64,000 nt of DNA, from positions 62,001 to 126,000 of the forward strand of contig QPMI01000452.1 of the NCBI GenBank assembly GCA_004431415.1, written 5' to 3'. Source of the stretch: Cyanophora paradoxa CCMP329 (lineage: Eukaryota; Plantae; Glaucophyta). The position numbers and the translations under genes are program-made. Within the stretch, counting starts at the first letter, position 1, and each line of letters starts with the position of its first letter. The notes below the pieces were generated by a model, which did no database searches, had not been told where the DNA came from, and saw nothing but the letters and a program-made list of their open reading frames with translations. Positions 22,951 through 34,160 of the stretch are shown one piece after another.

Positions 22951-24546
22951 ATGTCGGCCGAAGGTCGCGGGAGCTGTTGCGGCGGTTGCGACTTCGCTCG
23001 CTCGCTCATGCCCTCCCCTCGCAGAGCTATGCGCAGCGATAGAGGAGACCTGGGTCGCGATGCAGAAGGTGCAGCCCGCTCCGGCTCCGCGCTGCGCTTC
23101 GAGCGCTCACCCGCCGCGGCAGGGCCGGCCGCTGATCCACTGCGTCACGAACAGAGTGACGCCTCAGCGCGTGCGCCGTTCTCGCGGTCCGCGCTTCGAT
23201 TCGATCCTGAGGCACGCGCTGCGGCAGGTCGCCGACGTGCTGCTGGCGTCCGGCGCGAGCCCCGCGATGGCTGACAACTGGGAGGAGGTCGGCCAGTTCG
23301 CGGCGATTGCTTCGTGCGTTTACGTCAATACGGGTGCGCTCGCCGAGGAGGGCGCGATGCTAGCAGCGCATTCTGACCCCGGCCCCGCTTCTGCTTCGCT
23401 CTGCTAGGGGTGCACGAGACCCAGATTCGAACCCTGGATGCCCTGGGCAACGCCCTCGGCCAAGGGGGCCTTGCGGCGGGCAAGCCCGCCGTCCTCGTGC
23501 GCCGTACCCCTCCGCGCTCCGACGTCGCACGCGGCCCGCTCACGGCGCGGCAGGACCCCGTGGGGGTCGGGGCCACTTCGTACCGGAATGACGCCGTCAG
23601 AACCCTCCTCTCGAAGACGCACTTCGACGTGATCCGCGCCAACGCGTCGGAGGTGGCCATTGGGGCGCGGGTACGGCGATCCCGCCGGGGGTGCGCTGAC
23701 GCGCGCCAGATGCGGGCGCTGGCGGGGAAGGTCCTGGGGATCGAGGCGGCGGCGGCGGCGGGGACCACGAGGGGCGTCGACGCCACCGACACGCCCGAGT
23801 CCGCAGGTGCCTCGCCCCGGCGCCCCGCCCGCTCGCGATCCCCCCGTCGAGCCCTGACCACCGGCGCCCTCCCTCGAACCCAGTGCCCGCCGCGAACGAG
23901 GTCAGCAAGCGGCGCAAGTGCGCCGTGGCGGTGAGGTCCGCGCACGTACCCCGCCGTCCCCCGCACCCCGCCCGCCCTGACTCGCCGCAGCGGAGAGAGG
24001 GACTACGTGGTCAGCGCCGAGGAAGGGGCGGCCGCGTGGATCTCCGGCGGCTCCAAGCTCCTCACGCTCGTGCGCCCCTACCCCGTCCCCCGTCCCCGGC
24101 CGTCGTTGTGCCCCGGCCGCCTCCGACCCGTACCCCCTCCAGGTGACAGGCTGCGGCTGCGCTCTCGGCGCCCTCGTCGGCGCCTGCCTCGCCGGCGCGC
24201 GCACCCTCCCCAAGAAGTGCGTACCCCCGCACCCCTCCGCGGCGCCTCGATTGTTGACGTACCCCCAGGCGCTGGTCCCCCGCCTTCCTCGCTTCCTGCG
24301 CCGCCCACGCGGCCTACGCCATCGCCAGGTGCCCCCCCCCCCCTCCCCCCCTCCCCCCTCCCCCCCCCCCCCCCCCCCCGGAACGCCCCGCGGGCGGATT
24401 CGAACCGGGAGCGGGTCAGCGAGCGGGCGGAGAAGAAGAGCGCGGGCCCCGGGACCTTCTCGGTCCACTTCGTGGACGAGCTGTACGCCCTCAAGCCCTC
24501 CGACCTGCGCGCCCCGGGCCGCATCGCCCTCGCGCCCCTCTCGTAG
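22951..24546 (+). CDS. thiM: Hydroxyethylthiazole kinase
   Basis: Spliced: RPLIHCVTNRV...VADVLLASGASPAM...YVNTG...PAVL|DPVGVGATSYR...VIRANASE...RGVDA...VSGERDYV...VTGCGCALGALVGACLA...GPGTFSVHFVDELY. The introns I traced are all GT-AG. Confidence 0.96.
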
Positions 24547-25043
24547 CCTCCGCGAGCCGGCCGGCGGCGAGGCCTAGGGGGCAGAACCGAAGAATGCAGG
24601 GCCCTCTATATAGATCGATGTGACGTCGAAGTCTCCTGATATCGATCACGCGTTCGGTAGGGTGGGCGGCCTCGATGTTCAGTGAACGCCGGCCGCGGCG
24701 GCCACGATGCCGGGTCCCTGCCGATCGCGAGCGCCTCTGGGCCTGATCACGATCATGCATATGATGGCTCAGCACTCGCGCGGCCGCGGCCGCAGCCACC
24801 CCGGGCACCGGGCAGCCTGGCAGGGCAAGCTCTCTCCACGCTTTGAACTGCTGATGCATTTGAAACAGCAAGTTGGCCTGCGTCTATACAGTACAACAAG
24901 GGGCCGGGCTGCTAAGCCCAGCACCGAGAATTCAAAAAAACGGGAAAGTAGCAAGGGAACCCAAAAACTGCACTCGCTAACTCAGTGCCCTGCTGGGCAG
25001 CTCATGCGCTGCGGGTGCGACTGTGTTATACATAGGTCGACGC

Positions 25044-25987
25044 TTACAGGCCGATGCCGAGGATCACGCCGGTGCCGATGATATGGCCGAGCGCGGTCAC
25101 GGCTGCGCGGGGCCCGACGCCGGTGAGCGCGGTGCGGATCAAATCGCCGATTTGGCGGACACTCACCGAGGAACTCCGAGGGCGTGAACGGGATCTGAGC
25201 GTTGAAAGGCCATGCGGGGCCCTGGCCCTTCATCTTGATGCCCGGGCCGCCTGCGAGGGAAAGAGTTAGAATCGAGGGTAAGTTGGATGGCCGCGACCGA
25301 CCGGCCGAAACTCTAATACCGCGGCCAGCGGCGAATGGATGGATCGTCATAGTATGGCGAAGTGTTTGGCCGGCCGGAGCTCTAAAAACGCGATTGTCGG
25401 ATCGCGGCGGGAAACGGCTCACCGACGGCGCCAGCGAAGAGAACGGAGGCGAGCATGACGAACGACTTCTCCGCGGCCTCCTACGGAATAGATGTGACCG
25501 TCAGATCATCTCAGAAACGGCGATGCCGACCAACGAGCCCAAACTCACCCCGACGGACTGGGTCATGGCGCCAGCGATGACCGGGACCATCTCGGCGGCG
25601 TGGGCGGCGCCAGTGTGCGCCAGGAAGATCGCCGAGGCCACCGACGCCGCAGCGACGAACTTGGCCTGCCGCCCCGCGATCCGATCAGCCGGCAGTTAAA
25701 ACAGTGAGTCAGTCCCTCCGGCTTTCCCGCACGCCCGCGATGCGAACGTCGGCCCAGAAAAATTCTTAAAGAATTACTGACCTTCTTGTCCGCAGCCTCG
25801 ACCTCGAAGCTGACCGCGGGTTGGGCGGCCGGCTTGGCCGCCGGGCGGACGGCCGCACCGCGAATGCAGACATTGCGGGCCTGCGCAGCGTCGAACTTGC
25901 GGGTCGGGGCCAGCTGTAGGTGATTATGATCATGAGCTCGAGCGGGGGCGACGAAGGCCGACACGTGGTAAAGGCTGGCCCGGCCAT
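25044..25987 (-). CDS. psaK: Photosystem I subunit K precursor (nuclear-encoded, cyanobacterial/red type; start codon unresolved)
   Basis: The mature part reads FVMLASVLFAGAV|GGPGIKMKGQGPAWP...FTPSEFL|AVTALGHIIGTGVILGIGL*, with the PsaK GHIIG motif. It is preceded by a transit-peptide-like segment and a signal-like segment. Confidence 0.9.
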
Positions 25988-26483
25988 GGCATGCGCAGAG
26001 GCTTGTAGAGAAATTTGGAAAGATGACGAAACTGGTCTCTTTGATCGAAGGCACCCATACCGTACCGGTACCCGTTTCGCGGTTGCCCAGCCCCGCGCTC
26101 TGTACCCAGGGCAGGGACCGGAGGGGCGCGGCGCTTTGACGCCCAGGGTGCCCGAACCGCCCCGGCCAGCCCGGCTGAGTAACGTGCTCGAGCTCGGTGC
26201 ACGTGCGCACTGCGGGCGGCCTGGCTTGCGCTAGCTGAGGAAGCTGTTTCTAATTCGACATTACTAAACTAGAAGAGCAGCAGGGGAGAGACGGGAAGGG
26301 TTTGAAAGCTGGGGGCCGCACGAGAAGGTGGGAGAGCGAGGCGGAGGGCGGCAGAGGGGGCGCTGGCGGGGCCGAGGGGAAGAGAAGGGCTGGAGGACAG
26401 GCCAGAAGGAGGACGAGGAGGAGGAGGAGGAGGAGGAGGAGAGACGCAAGGCGGGGCGAGGGAAGGGGAGGGGCGCAGCACGC

Positions 26484-28460
26484 CTAGTGCTGCATCTGGA
26501 AGCCGGCGACGATCAGGCCAGATGGGCGCGGCGGCGGCGCGGGGGCGGCGGGAGGGGCGCGGGCGCACCTGGATGGCGTGCATCCAGAAAAAGCCGCCGT
26601 CGCGCGGCAGGACGTGCTTGAACGGGACCTTGCGCTTGGGTACGACGCCGTCCTCCTCGTCGTCCTGCGCCCCCCGCCTCAGGGAGGCGTCCTGGGCGCG
26701 GGGCCGGCGGGCGGGCGGGGGGCGGGGGGAGGGGGGCGGGGGCGCACGTTGAAGATGACCTGGTACTCCGGGACGGCGCCGGGCTTGCGCTGCCGCTTGG
26801 GCGGGGCCTGGACGATCGCCTCGTAGAAGGTCGTCGTGTCCGGGAAGAGCGCGATGACCTGCGCGCACGTAAGGATGGGAGGAAGGAAAGGAAGGAAAGG
26901 GGAGGAGGGGCGCACATGCGAGTCCTTCGGGAGCTCGGGGATGCGGTCGAAGTCGTCGTCGTTCGGGAGGGGCATGATCTGCTTCGAGGGCACGACGTGC
27001 CTGCCCGCGCGGCCCCGCCCGCCCGGCTCAGCGAGCGGGAGCACGGGATGGGGTCCGAGAGCGGGGCGCACTTCTTCTGCGGCTCTCCCTCGTCGCCGGG
27101 ATCGACGTCTTCCACCTCGTACCTGTGCGGCGGCTCGAAGCGGCGCGAGGAAGGCAAGAGGGGACCCTAGCCGCGGCGCACCGGTCGCGCTCGGCCAGGT
27201 ACCGCACGACGCGCGCCAGGATCCACTGCTCGGGGGTTTGCGGGTTCCGCTTGTCCCGGATCTTTGCCGCCACCTGCAGGTGCGGGAGTCAGCGGCGGTC
27301 GCGCGTCCGGCTGCGGGGCGCGGGGCGGAGCGCGGCGCGCCTCCGTCCCCGGCATGAGTATCGACACGTCCGCCGCGGCGTTCGCGGCTGCCGACGCCGC
27401 CGCCGCCGCCGCCGCGGACGAGGCCGCCGCATTGTGCGCCGGCGCCGGCGGGGACGCCATGGGCTGTGAGAGGTTCGCGGCCGCAAGCTGCGCAGTTGCC
27501 ACGGCGTGTTGTTGACCCAATCCCAAGAACGGGTCGGCGGCCCTGCGACGGAGCAGCGCGTCAGGAGAGACCGCGGGCACGCAGAGCAGGCAGGGCGGAG
27601 GGAGCCCGCACCCCCGGAAGTTCTGGTACTGCTGCTGCATCTGTTGCTGCAATAGCTGCTGTTGTAGCAGTTGTTGCGCCTGCGCATGCGCCGCCTGCTG
27701 TTGTGCCTGCAGTTGCTGGAGTTGCGCGTGCGCCTGCTGTTGTTGCTGGAGCTGGAGCATCTGCTGCGGCATAAGGCCCTGCTGTTGCATGAGGCGCTGC
27801 CTCTTTTCTTGCTTCTTCTTCTCCTTTTCCTCTATCTTCTTTTCCGCGACTGCGCCGCGGCCATTGGTAAGGTGGACGCGCGGAAAGCAAAGAGCAAGTT
27901 CGAAGCTCCGTGCGCCCCGGCGCCCTGAACCCCATCCGCTGCCGACGTGCACCAAACGGCTCCCTATAGCAGGCTGCGGCGCACCGAGCTGGGTGTGGTA
28001 ATCAGGATTCATACAGTCCGGTAGGTCGGTGCCGATGATCAGAAGCGAGTCTCGGCACGCCCTGCGAGCAAGGCAAAGCCGATTAGCTGATTGTGAGCCT
28101 ATCGAAAGGGCGATTACAAGATCCAAACAAGGGGAAGCGCACGTTGCCTCCTGTTCAGCTAGGTGCTTTAGCTGTTTGTACAAGTTGTCGAGCTTCTGGT
28201 AGGCTTTCTCGGCGATCTTCACCATTTTCTCGCCTGCAGAGGGTAGGTGAGCGATAGTACAAGTGTCAAGACCCGCCGGAAGGCCTGCAGGAGCGGCGCC
28301 GGCCGAGGCCCGCACCCTTGATGCTCGTTAGCTTGGCATGCACGTTGTTGATCTTGCGCAGGATTACGTTCTGCTGATTCCTCCAGTTTTCAATCTCCTT
28401 CAACTGCCTCATGAACTCCTTCGTGAGGATGACGGCATTTGCATCGAATTGGTCGGCCAT
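26484..28460 (-). CDS. SGF29: SAGA-associated factor 29 (N-terminal coiled coil, polyQ, tandem Tudor)
   Basis: ILMPGTE|VAAK...EQWILARVV...YEVEDVD...IMPLP...VIALFPDTTTFYEAIV...YQVIFN|DDE matches the SGF29 Tudor signature. Confidence 0.92.
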
Positions 28461-28944
28461 GCCCGCGTTCGTTTCCTCCACCTGCAAACGGGCGGGGCGT
28501 CTCGGCAATTCGGTACACAGGGATCATCAATCTAGTGCCATCTCCTCTGATCAGGCTGGCACCAACGGCGGCTGAATTACAACCCCGACGATTTGCAACC
28601 GGGCCACTCGGCGCGGCCCGCGTGGCGTCGATTCGAATCGGCGTTGCGTGGGCTCCAGGAAGCGAACGAACCTGCCGCGCGGATCGCCGACCTCACAGCC
28701 ACCGATTGCGGGTGTACCCTGGCTGCGAGCTTCCTGGCTGCTTCGCTGCTTCCTGGGCTGCTTCAGCTTCCATTCTAGTATCTAGATGGTGTAGCTTGGC
28801 TTCCCGCAGCATAAAGCTCGATGACGGAGAGCGAGCCTCTGCCCGGCGCTGCGTCGGCTGTCGACACGTGTTAAGCAGGCCGAGCGCGAGACTCCGCGAG
28901 TCCCCGAGCGCGGCGATTTGAGCTCGAGCAGGGCGTATTCGGGC

Positions 28945-29838
28945 ATGAGCTCCGCCGCGGACGGACAACCCTCGAAGCTTGAGATGGGCCCAAAAAAGCC
29001 AGAAGACAAGGGCGTTTCGAAGGGAGCAGGCGAGTATTCTGTTTTGCAATCTGAACTGAGGCCGGGTTTAACGGATTAGCTCACTTTCCATCGCCTCCCC
29101 TGAAGTACGTGCACGCGCAGTGATTGTGCTTGTGCTCGGGTTCATTCTCCCGCTCGTATGGTTTGGCGGCATGTTCTTCATCCTCCCCAGCTCTAGACAC
29201 TCGCACCGCAAGCTCAACCGCCGCTTCGGCTGGGCCTCCATCGCGTGCGCTCAGGATCCCCCATGCCAGCTTAGGCTTCCGGCCGCCCAGGGCCGCATTC
29301 CGTCCTCACTCTCAGGCCGAGGAGCGCTCACGCCGCGCCGCTCGCAGCCTCGCCATCGTGGTGATTCCCGTCGTCGTCGGCGTCGCTGTCTCCTGCGCGT
29401 GCGCCGCCTCCTTCTCCCTCGCCCCCGAGCGCGCGCCGCCGCCGCCGTCGCCCCCTCCGGCTTCAGGCTGACCTCCCCGGCGCCAGGCCGCGTGTCGTGG
29501 ACGAGTACCCGTGCCCCAGCGTGCCCCGGGTCACGGGCCCCGGCCCGTACTGCCCGGACTGCGGCCCCTGGTACGCCTTCATGGTGCGCCAGATCCGGCA
29601 CCCCTGCGAGGGCGGCTGCAAGGTACCCCTGGGCCCGCCCCCCCCCCCCCCCCCCCCCCCCCCCGGCAGGCCCGGCCTCTCCGCGCCCTCACGCGGCCGG
29701 TCCGCTCCCCCCCGGCAGGTCCAGTGGTCCCGCAACTCGTGGTCCTTCGCGTCGGGCAGGCGGGAGTGCGTGCCGGCCTCGCAGCTGGGCGCCGAGTGCC
29801 TCAAGAACCTTGAGCCCATGGGCTACCAGTTCATCTGA
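28945..29838 (+). CDS. Small membrane protein with two hydrophobic segments and a Cys-rich C-terminal domain
   Basis: MSSAADG...KGA|VIVLVLGFILPLVWFGGMFF...FGWASIA|LAIVVIPVVVGVAVSCA|PRVVDEYPCP...CPDC...CEGGCK|...EC...EC...FI*. Confidence 0.7.
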
Positions 29839-30281
29839 CCGGCCTCGGGCCCGGGTCGCCCGGCCCGGCCCGCTCTTCCGTTTTGACCTCTCCACCACGT
29901 GCCAGGAGGCGGGAGCTCTCGCCCCTCCTCGTCAGCGCCGGGGGGGCCCCGCTCCGATCCGAAGCGGCCCGCCTCATCGCCTTTTCGCAGCTGGCGGCCC
30001 CCGCGGCGACGGCGTCGACGCGGCGGCGGCGGTCGCCCGCCGCCGTACTTGTGGGCGAGTAGTCGAGCCAGATCTAGGCCGAAGCTCGAGCTCGTCTAGC
30101 CTAGCTCGCAGCCCTAGCCCAGGCTGCGGCCGTGAGGCAGCCATCGTAATATGGCCAGATGCAGGCCGGCATGCGCAGCCAGGCCAAGAGCTATATATAG
30201 CTAGAGTCGCTGTTGATGAAGGGAGTAGGAGCTTAAGGCCGCCCCGGACCCTCTTATACGTAGAAGGTCGCCTCGAGCGAG

Positions 30282-30335
30282 GGTCCGGGAAGCTTTCCTG
30301 GTCCGGGAAGCTTTCCTGGTCCGGGAAGCTTTCCT
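30282..30335. repeat. 18-bp perfect tandem repeat x3 (GGTCCGGGAAGCTTTCCT)
   Basis: Three exact copies read directly from the sequence. Confidence 0.95.
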
Positions 30336-31498
30336 GGACAAACTTGAAATTAAAGGACGGCACAGCCCCTTCGAATTGCCCTCCCTCCCCCTCCCCCTCC
30401 TCCTCCCCCCCCCCCCCCCACCCCACCCCCCCACCCCCACCCCCCTTTCCGATATATGAATCCGATGATACTGTTAACGTAGTAATTTTCGTCCTCGAGC
30501 TCCTCCCACGTGCACTGTGCACCTGGTTGCCTCGATCGCGAGCTATATATATATATTCTGCTAGATCTGCGATATCGATCCCACCTGCAGCCGCTGAGCT
30601 GGTCATGGTTCAGACCCATCGTCTGCGTTCCGCATCCCTGCCACTACTGGCGCCTGCGTTTCGCCCCTAATCTTAAAGCTTGTCGCCAACTCGGCGAGTC
30701 TGAATTCGTAGTTCCGCCCCTTTCCTTGTGGCGTCCCGGTACCGGTACCGGTACCTCAGGGCCTCAGATAAGTCTTCAATTGCAATTGCAACCGTCACTT
30801 GCTTTGCAATTGCCGACTCTAGATCTAGATCTGCAGACTCGATTAATATTTAGTTTAGACACTGCGAATTCGCCAGCTTTGACTCTCCCCTCTAGCCTAG
30901 TAGCGCTGTCTTGTCCACCTGCACTGATCTTCGCGATCGCTTTGCCCCTCCTATTGTTCTCGGTCTGCCGCCTCCGATCCGGATCCGCTGCTGCCTCGTC
31001 TCTTAAATGATCTTGTCCCGGAGTCCCAGTGTCTGGTAGTTCTAGTGCGATTAAAACTGTTGTGTCTTTGAATTTAAATCCAGATCTGGATCTCAGAGAG
31101 TCTTCGACTGTACATGTAGTTCTTCGTGCCCGTTCTCCTTCACTCAGTAAGCTTATTTACCGCGTCCCCGTGCTCCTCGCGTCGCTCGCGGTCGTCGTAC
31201 TAGTAGTACTAGTGTGACTGCTGCGTCGACGTCGTCGATCACGCCATGATGAGCTCTTCTACTACGTCTCCATACATGCACAAAACTAACGTACAGCTCA
31301 TGATCAAGAGTATCAAATATATATTTGTCAAAACGCGGGTCGACGTCTAATAAAGACAAAATTAAGACGCTGGCGAAAATTCCTACCTCGACGTAACCAG
31401 CCTGGCAGGTACGCGTATACATAGTACCTGCAGATGAGTATACCTCGATCGCGAGCGTAAAGACGCTAGCTGGCGAGAATTCCTTCCTCGCGATCGTA

Positions 31499-31764
31499 CC
31501 GTAAAACCGTTGAACAGAATATTAAGGTCTGCACTTTATTATGTCGTCCCCAAATTATGTCGCCGGAAACTTGACATGACGACATAATTTGGGGACGACA
31601 TAGTAGGGCGTGCTTAGTGCTACCCCCCCAATTTACCGCCCCATACAAGCCTGAAAATTTCGTGCCGACATAATTTGGGGATGTCGACGTCATATTTCGC
31701 ATATAGAGAAGGGTCGGTTTTTATAACGACATAAATTTGACCGTCATATTATTGTGTTTTACGG
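31499..31764. mobile_element. MITE, pogo/Tc1-mariner-like, ~266 bp
   Basis: TA|CCGTAAAAC ... GTTTTACGG termini with a longer imperfect TIR. The internal motif ATGTCGTCCCCAAATTATGTCG occurs in both orientations. The right TSD is degenerate. Confidence 0.7.
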
Positions 31765-32234
31765 AATTAACTTCACATGTACACTAATTCTGCGGTATGA
31801 TGCGCATGCCATCACTGGCATCATAGTGGCATGAATATTAATCCCCGCATGATTCGCCCATGATGGCAGTGTCATGGGACTGGATGCATGGCATGAATCG
31901 CCGCATGATGATTATCATGATGGAAAAAAATGACTTGAAAAAATGACAGGAGTCGGTTCGAATCCCGTTCAATACCGGGTAGCGACTTTCATTTTGCTCG
32001 GGGGCTCCTAGGACTGTACGGCCGCCGAGAACGAAATTTCCGAAATTCACAGATCGGTCTAGGCCGGTATACTGTAGCCTGTAGGACGGCTTAAATTGCC
32101 GTGGTGAAAAATTGCCGAATTCGCCCAAACCGGAATTGCCGTGGTGATAAATTGCCGAATCCAGACATTCGCTCTATAGGGGCCTTGGAAACTCTCTACC
32201 CCCCACAACATTGCCGTCCCTTAAAATTGCCGAA

Positions 32235-32282
32235 TCAGGCGAAGCCTCTTTCAGGCGAAGCCTCTTTCAGGCGAAGCCTCTT
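32235..32282 (+). repeat. Three stacked 16-bp element 5' caps (TCAGGCGAAGCCTCTT x3)
   Basis: Exact copies at 32235, 32251 and 32267. Confidence 0.95.
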
Positions 32283-34160
32283 TCTCAAACCCAAAAACCG
32301 ACGATCTAAATTCCTTTTTTAACCTTTTTTTCCACTCGAGATCCCCCCTGCTAAATAATTTCCGTGTCGCACTCCCTCGAGGCAGAATTATTAATTCTGC
32401 CTCGACACGGACGCGATTGCCGCTAGTCACACAGCCACCCGAACCCCCACAGACCTCTCTAGATCCATTTTTAGCGTCCTGGCTTCCCTAAGACGACCGC
32501 TCCCCCGTGGGCGTCCCGCGAATATCGAATTTCCCTCTGGACAAACCCAAAAACCGACGATCTAAATTCCTTTTTTAACCTTTTTTTCCACTCGAGATCC
32601 CCCCTGCTAAATAATTTCCGTGTCGCACTCCCTCGAGGCAGAATTATTAATTCTGCCTCGACACGGACGCGATTGCCGCTAGTCACACAGCCACCCGAAC
32701 CCCCACAGACCTCTCTAGATCCATTTTTAGCGTCCTGGCTTCCCTAAGACGACCGCTCCCCCGTGGGCGTCCCGCGAATATCGAATTTCCCTCTGGATCA
32801 ATTCCGGTACTTAACCTCCGACAAACGCAGTCCGAGTCAGAAGGTGGGACCCGGTCCCGCCCGGTCCCGCGACGAAATCGCGCCAGGGACGCCCCAGAAC
32901 GATACGGAGTGACGCGCGAGGGCGAGCGCATCGCCGCAAGCTCGATTTCGGGCGCCGTCGACGCTCCAGTGCGAAGACTTGGCCGAAAATTTGATCCGGC
33001 CGGTTCCGCCCGGTCCCGCGACGCGCGCAATCGATGCGTACTGGCGCGCATAGACATAGCAAGGTCTGCGTACTCCAGAAATCCGCTTTTCGGAGGCCGA
33101 ACAGTGCAGGAAGGTACCCGATGGCAAAAATTCGATCCGGATCCTGCACGGGCCCGGACATCTTTCCGCGCGCCCACGCTGCGGCGCATGCGCGGAGCAA
33201 TAACATAAGCATTCGAGATGTAGACAAAGCATTCCGCACGCTTTGCGTATGCGCGGGGCCGCGGGGACCCAGCCCACCCCGAAAATTCGATCCTCTACAG
33301 ACCTGCACATCTTTCCGCGCGCCCTCGCATCCTCGCGCATGCGCATCGCTACAATATTCATTTGAGATTTTATCAAAGCCTTCGACAAGCTTCGAACACG
33401 CCGAAGACCACGAGAACCCAGCCGACGGCAAAAATTCGATCCTGCACGGACCCGGACATCTTTCTGCGCGCCCACGCCGCGGCACATGCGCGGGACAATA
33501 GCATATGCATGTGAGATGTAGACAAAGCCTTCCGCATGCTTTACAGATGCGCCGGCCGCGAGAACCCAGCCAACCCCGAAAGTTCGATCTTGCACGGACC
33601 TGCGCGCACAGCTTTCCGCATGCACGCCCTCGCATGCTCACGCATGGGCATTGCTACAGTATTCATTTGAGCTCTTTGTAAAGCTTTGCGCGAGCTCTGC
33701 GGACGGCGGCAATCCAGCCGACGCAAAACTTCGATCCTGGCCACGCCTGCACATCTTTCCGCGCGCCCTCGCCTCCGCAGACCTGCACATCGATGCTATA
33801 TGCGTTCGAGATTCTTTTTAAGCGATTCGCAAGCTCTGTGCATGCGCCTGGCCGCGAGAACCTCGCCCCTGCCGGGCCTCCTTCCCAACAATATTATATA
33901 ATTAATCTCCTCTCAAACTAGATCGATCTGCTCCACTCTTTAATTATTTCCTCGCTCAGTACATAATGGCATTAATATTACTCTAGCTAGCCGACCAGCG
34001 TTAGCTGGACTGGCCGTCAGCCAGCCAGCTTCTAGCCAGAAAGCTGTTCGCGATCGGCCAGGCCGCTGGCCAGTGCCCTATATATAGGCCTACTGTGACA
34101 GCCGCGAGGGCGTCCGCGAGGCTTCGCCGTACTTAGTGCTCCGCAGGAGCACGGATCTTG
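32283..34160 (+). mobile_element. Element body A (includes a 256-bp tandem duplication, 32286-32541 / 32542-32797)
   Basis: Starts TCTCAAACCC and ends GGATCTTG. Near-identical to 35814-37436. Confidence 0.9.
33090..33870 (+). repeat. Central ~148-bp tandem repeat (about 5 diverged units) inside each element body
   Basis: The anchor TTCGATC recurs at 33131, 33286, 33435, 33583 and 33730, usually followed by CATCTTTCCGCGCGCCC. The same array is present in the other two bodies. Confidence 0.88.

Noticed and set aside
22740-24700. TPP riboswitch associated with thiM
   Set aside because: No CTGAGA...ACCTGA-type aptamer core is seen in the UTRs or the short introns.
1-30700. Many long R/G/P/A-rich ORFs in the six-frame track
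   Set aside because: They are shadow ORFs caused by extreme GC content. Recognisable proteins appear only after splicing across frames.
30500-31430. ORFs 30510-31010 (+) and 31153-31422 (-) as genes
   Set aside because: No recognisable domain, and the region is saturated with palindromic micro-repeats. It is more likely decayed or non-coding DNA.
31955-31966. GGTTCGAATCCC, resembling a tRNA T-loop/B-box
   Set aside because: No A-box, acceptor stem or cloverleaf could be built around it.
32235-32282. Short repeats (also 30282-30335 and the 148-bp units) as a CRISPR array
   Set aside because: The repeats are contiguous with no unique spacers, there are no cas genes, and the context is eukaryotic.
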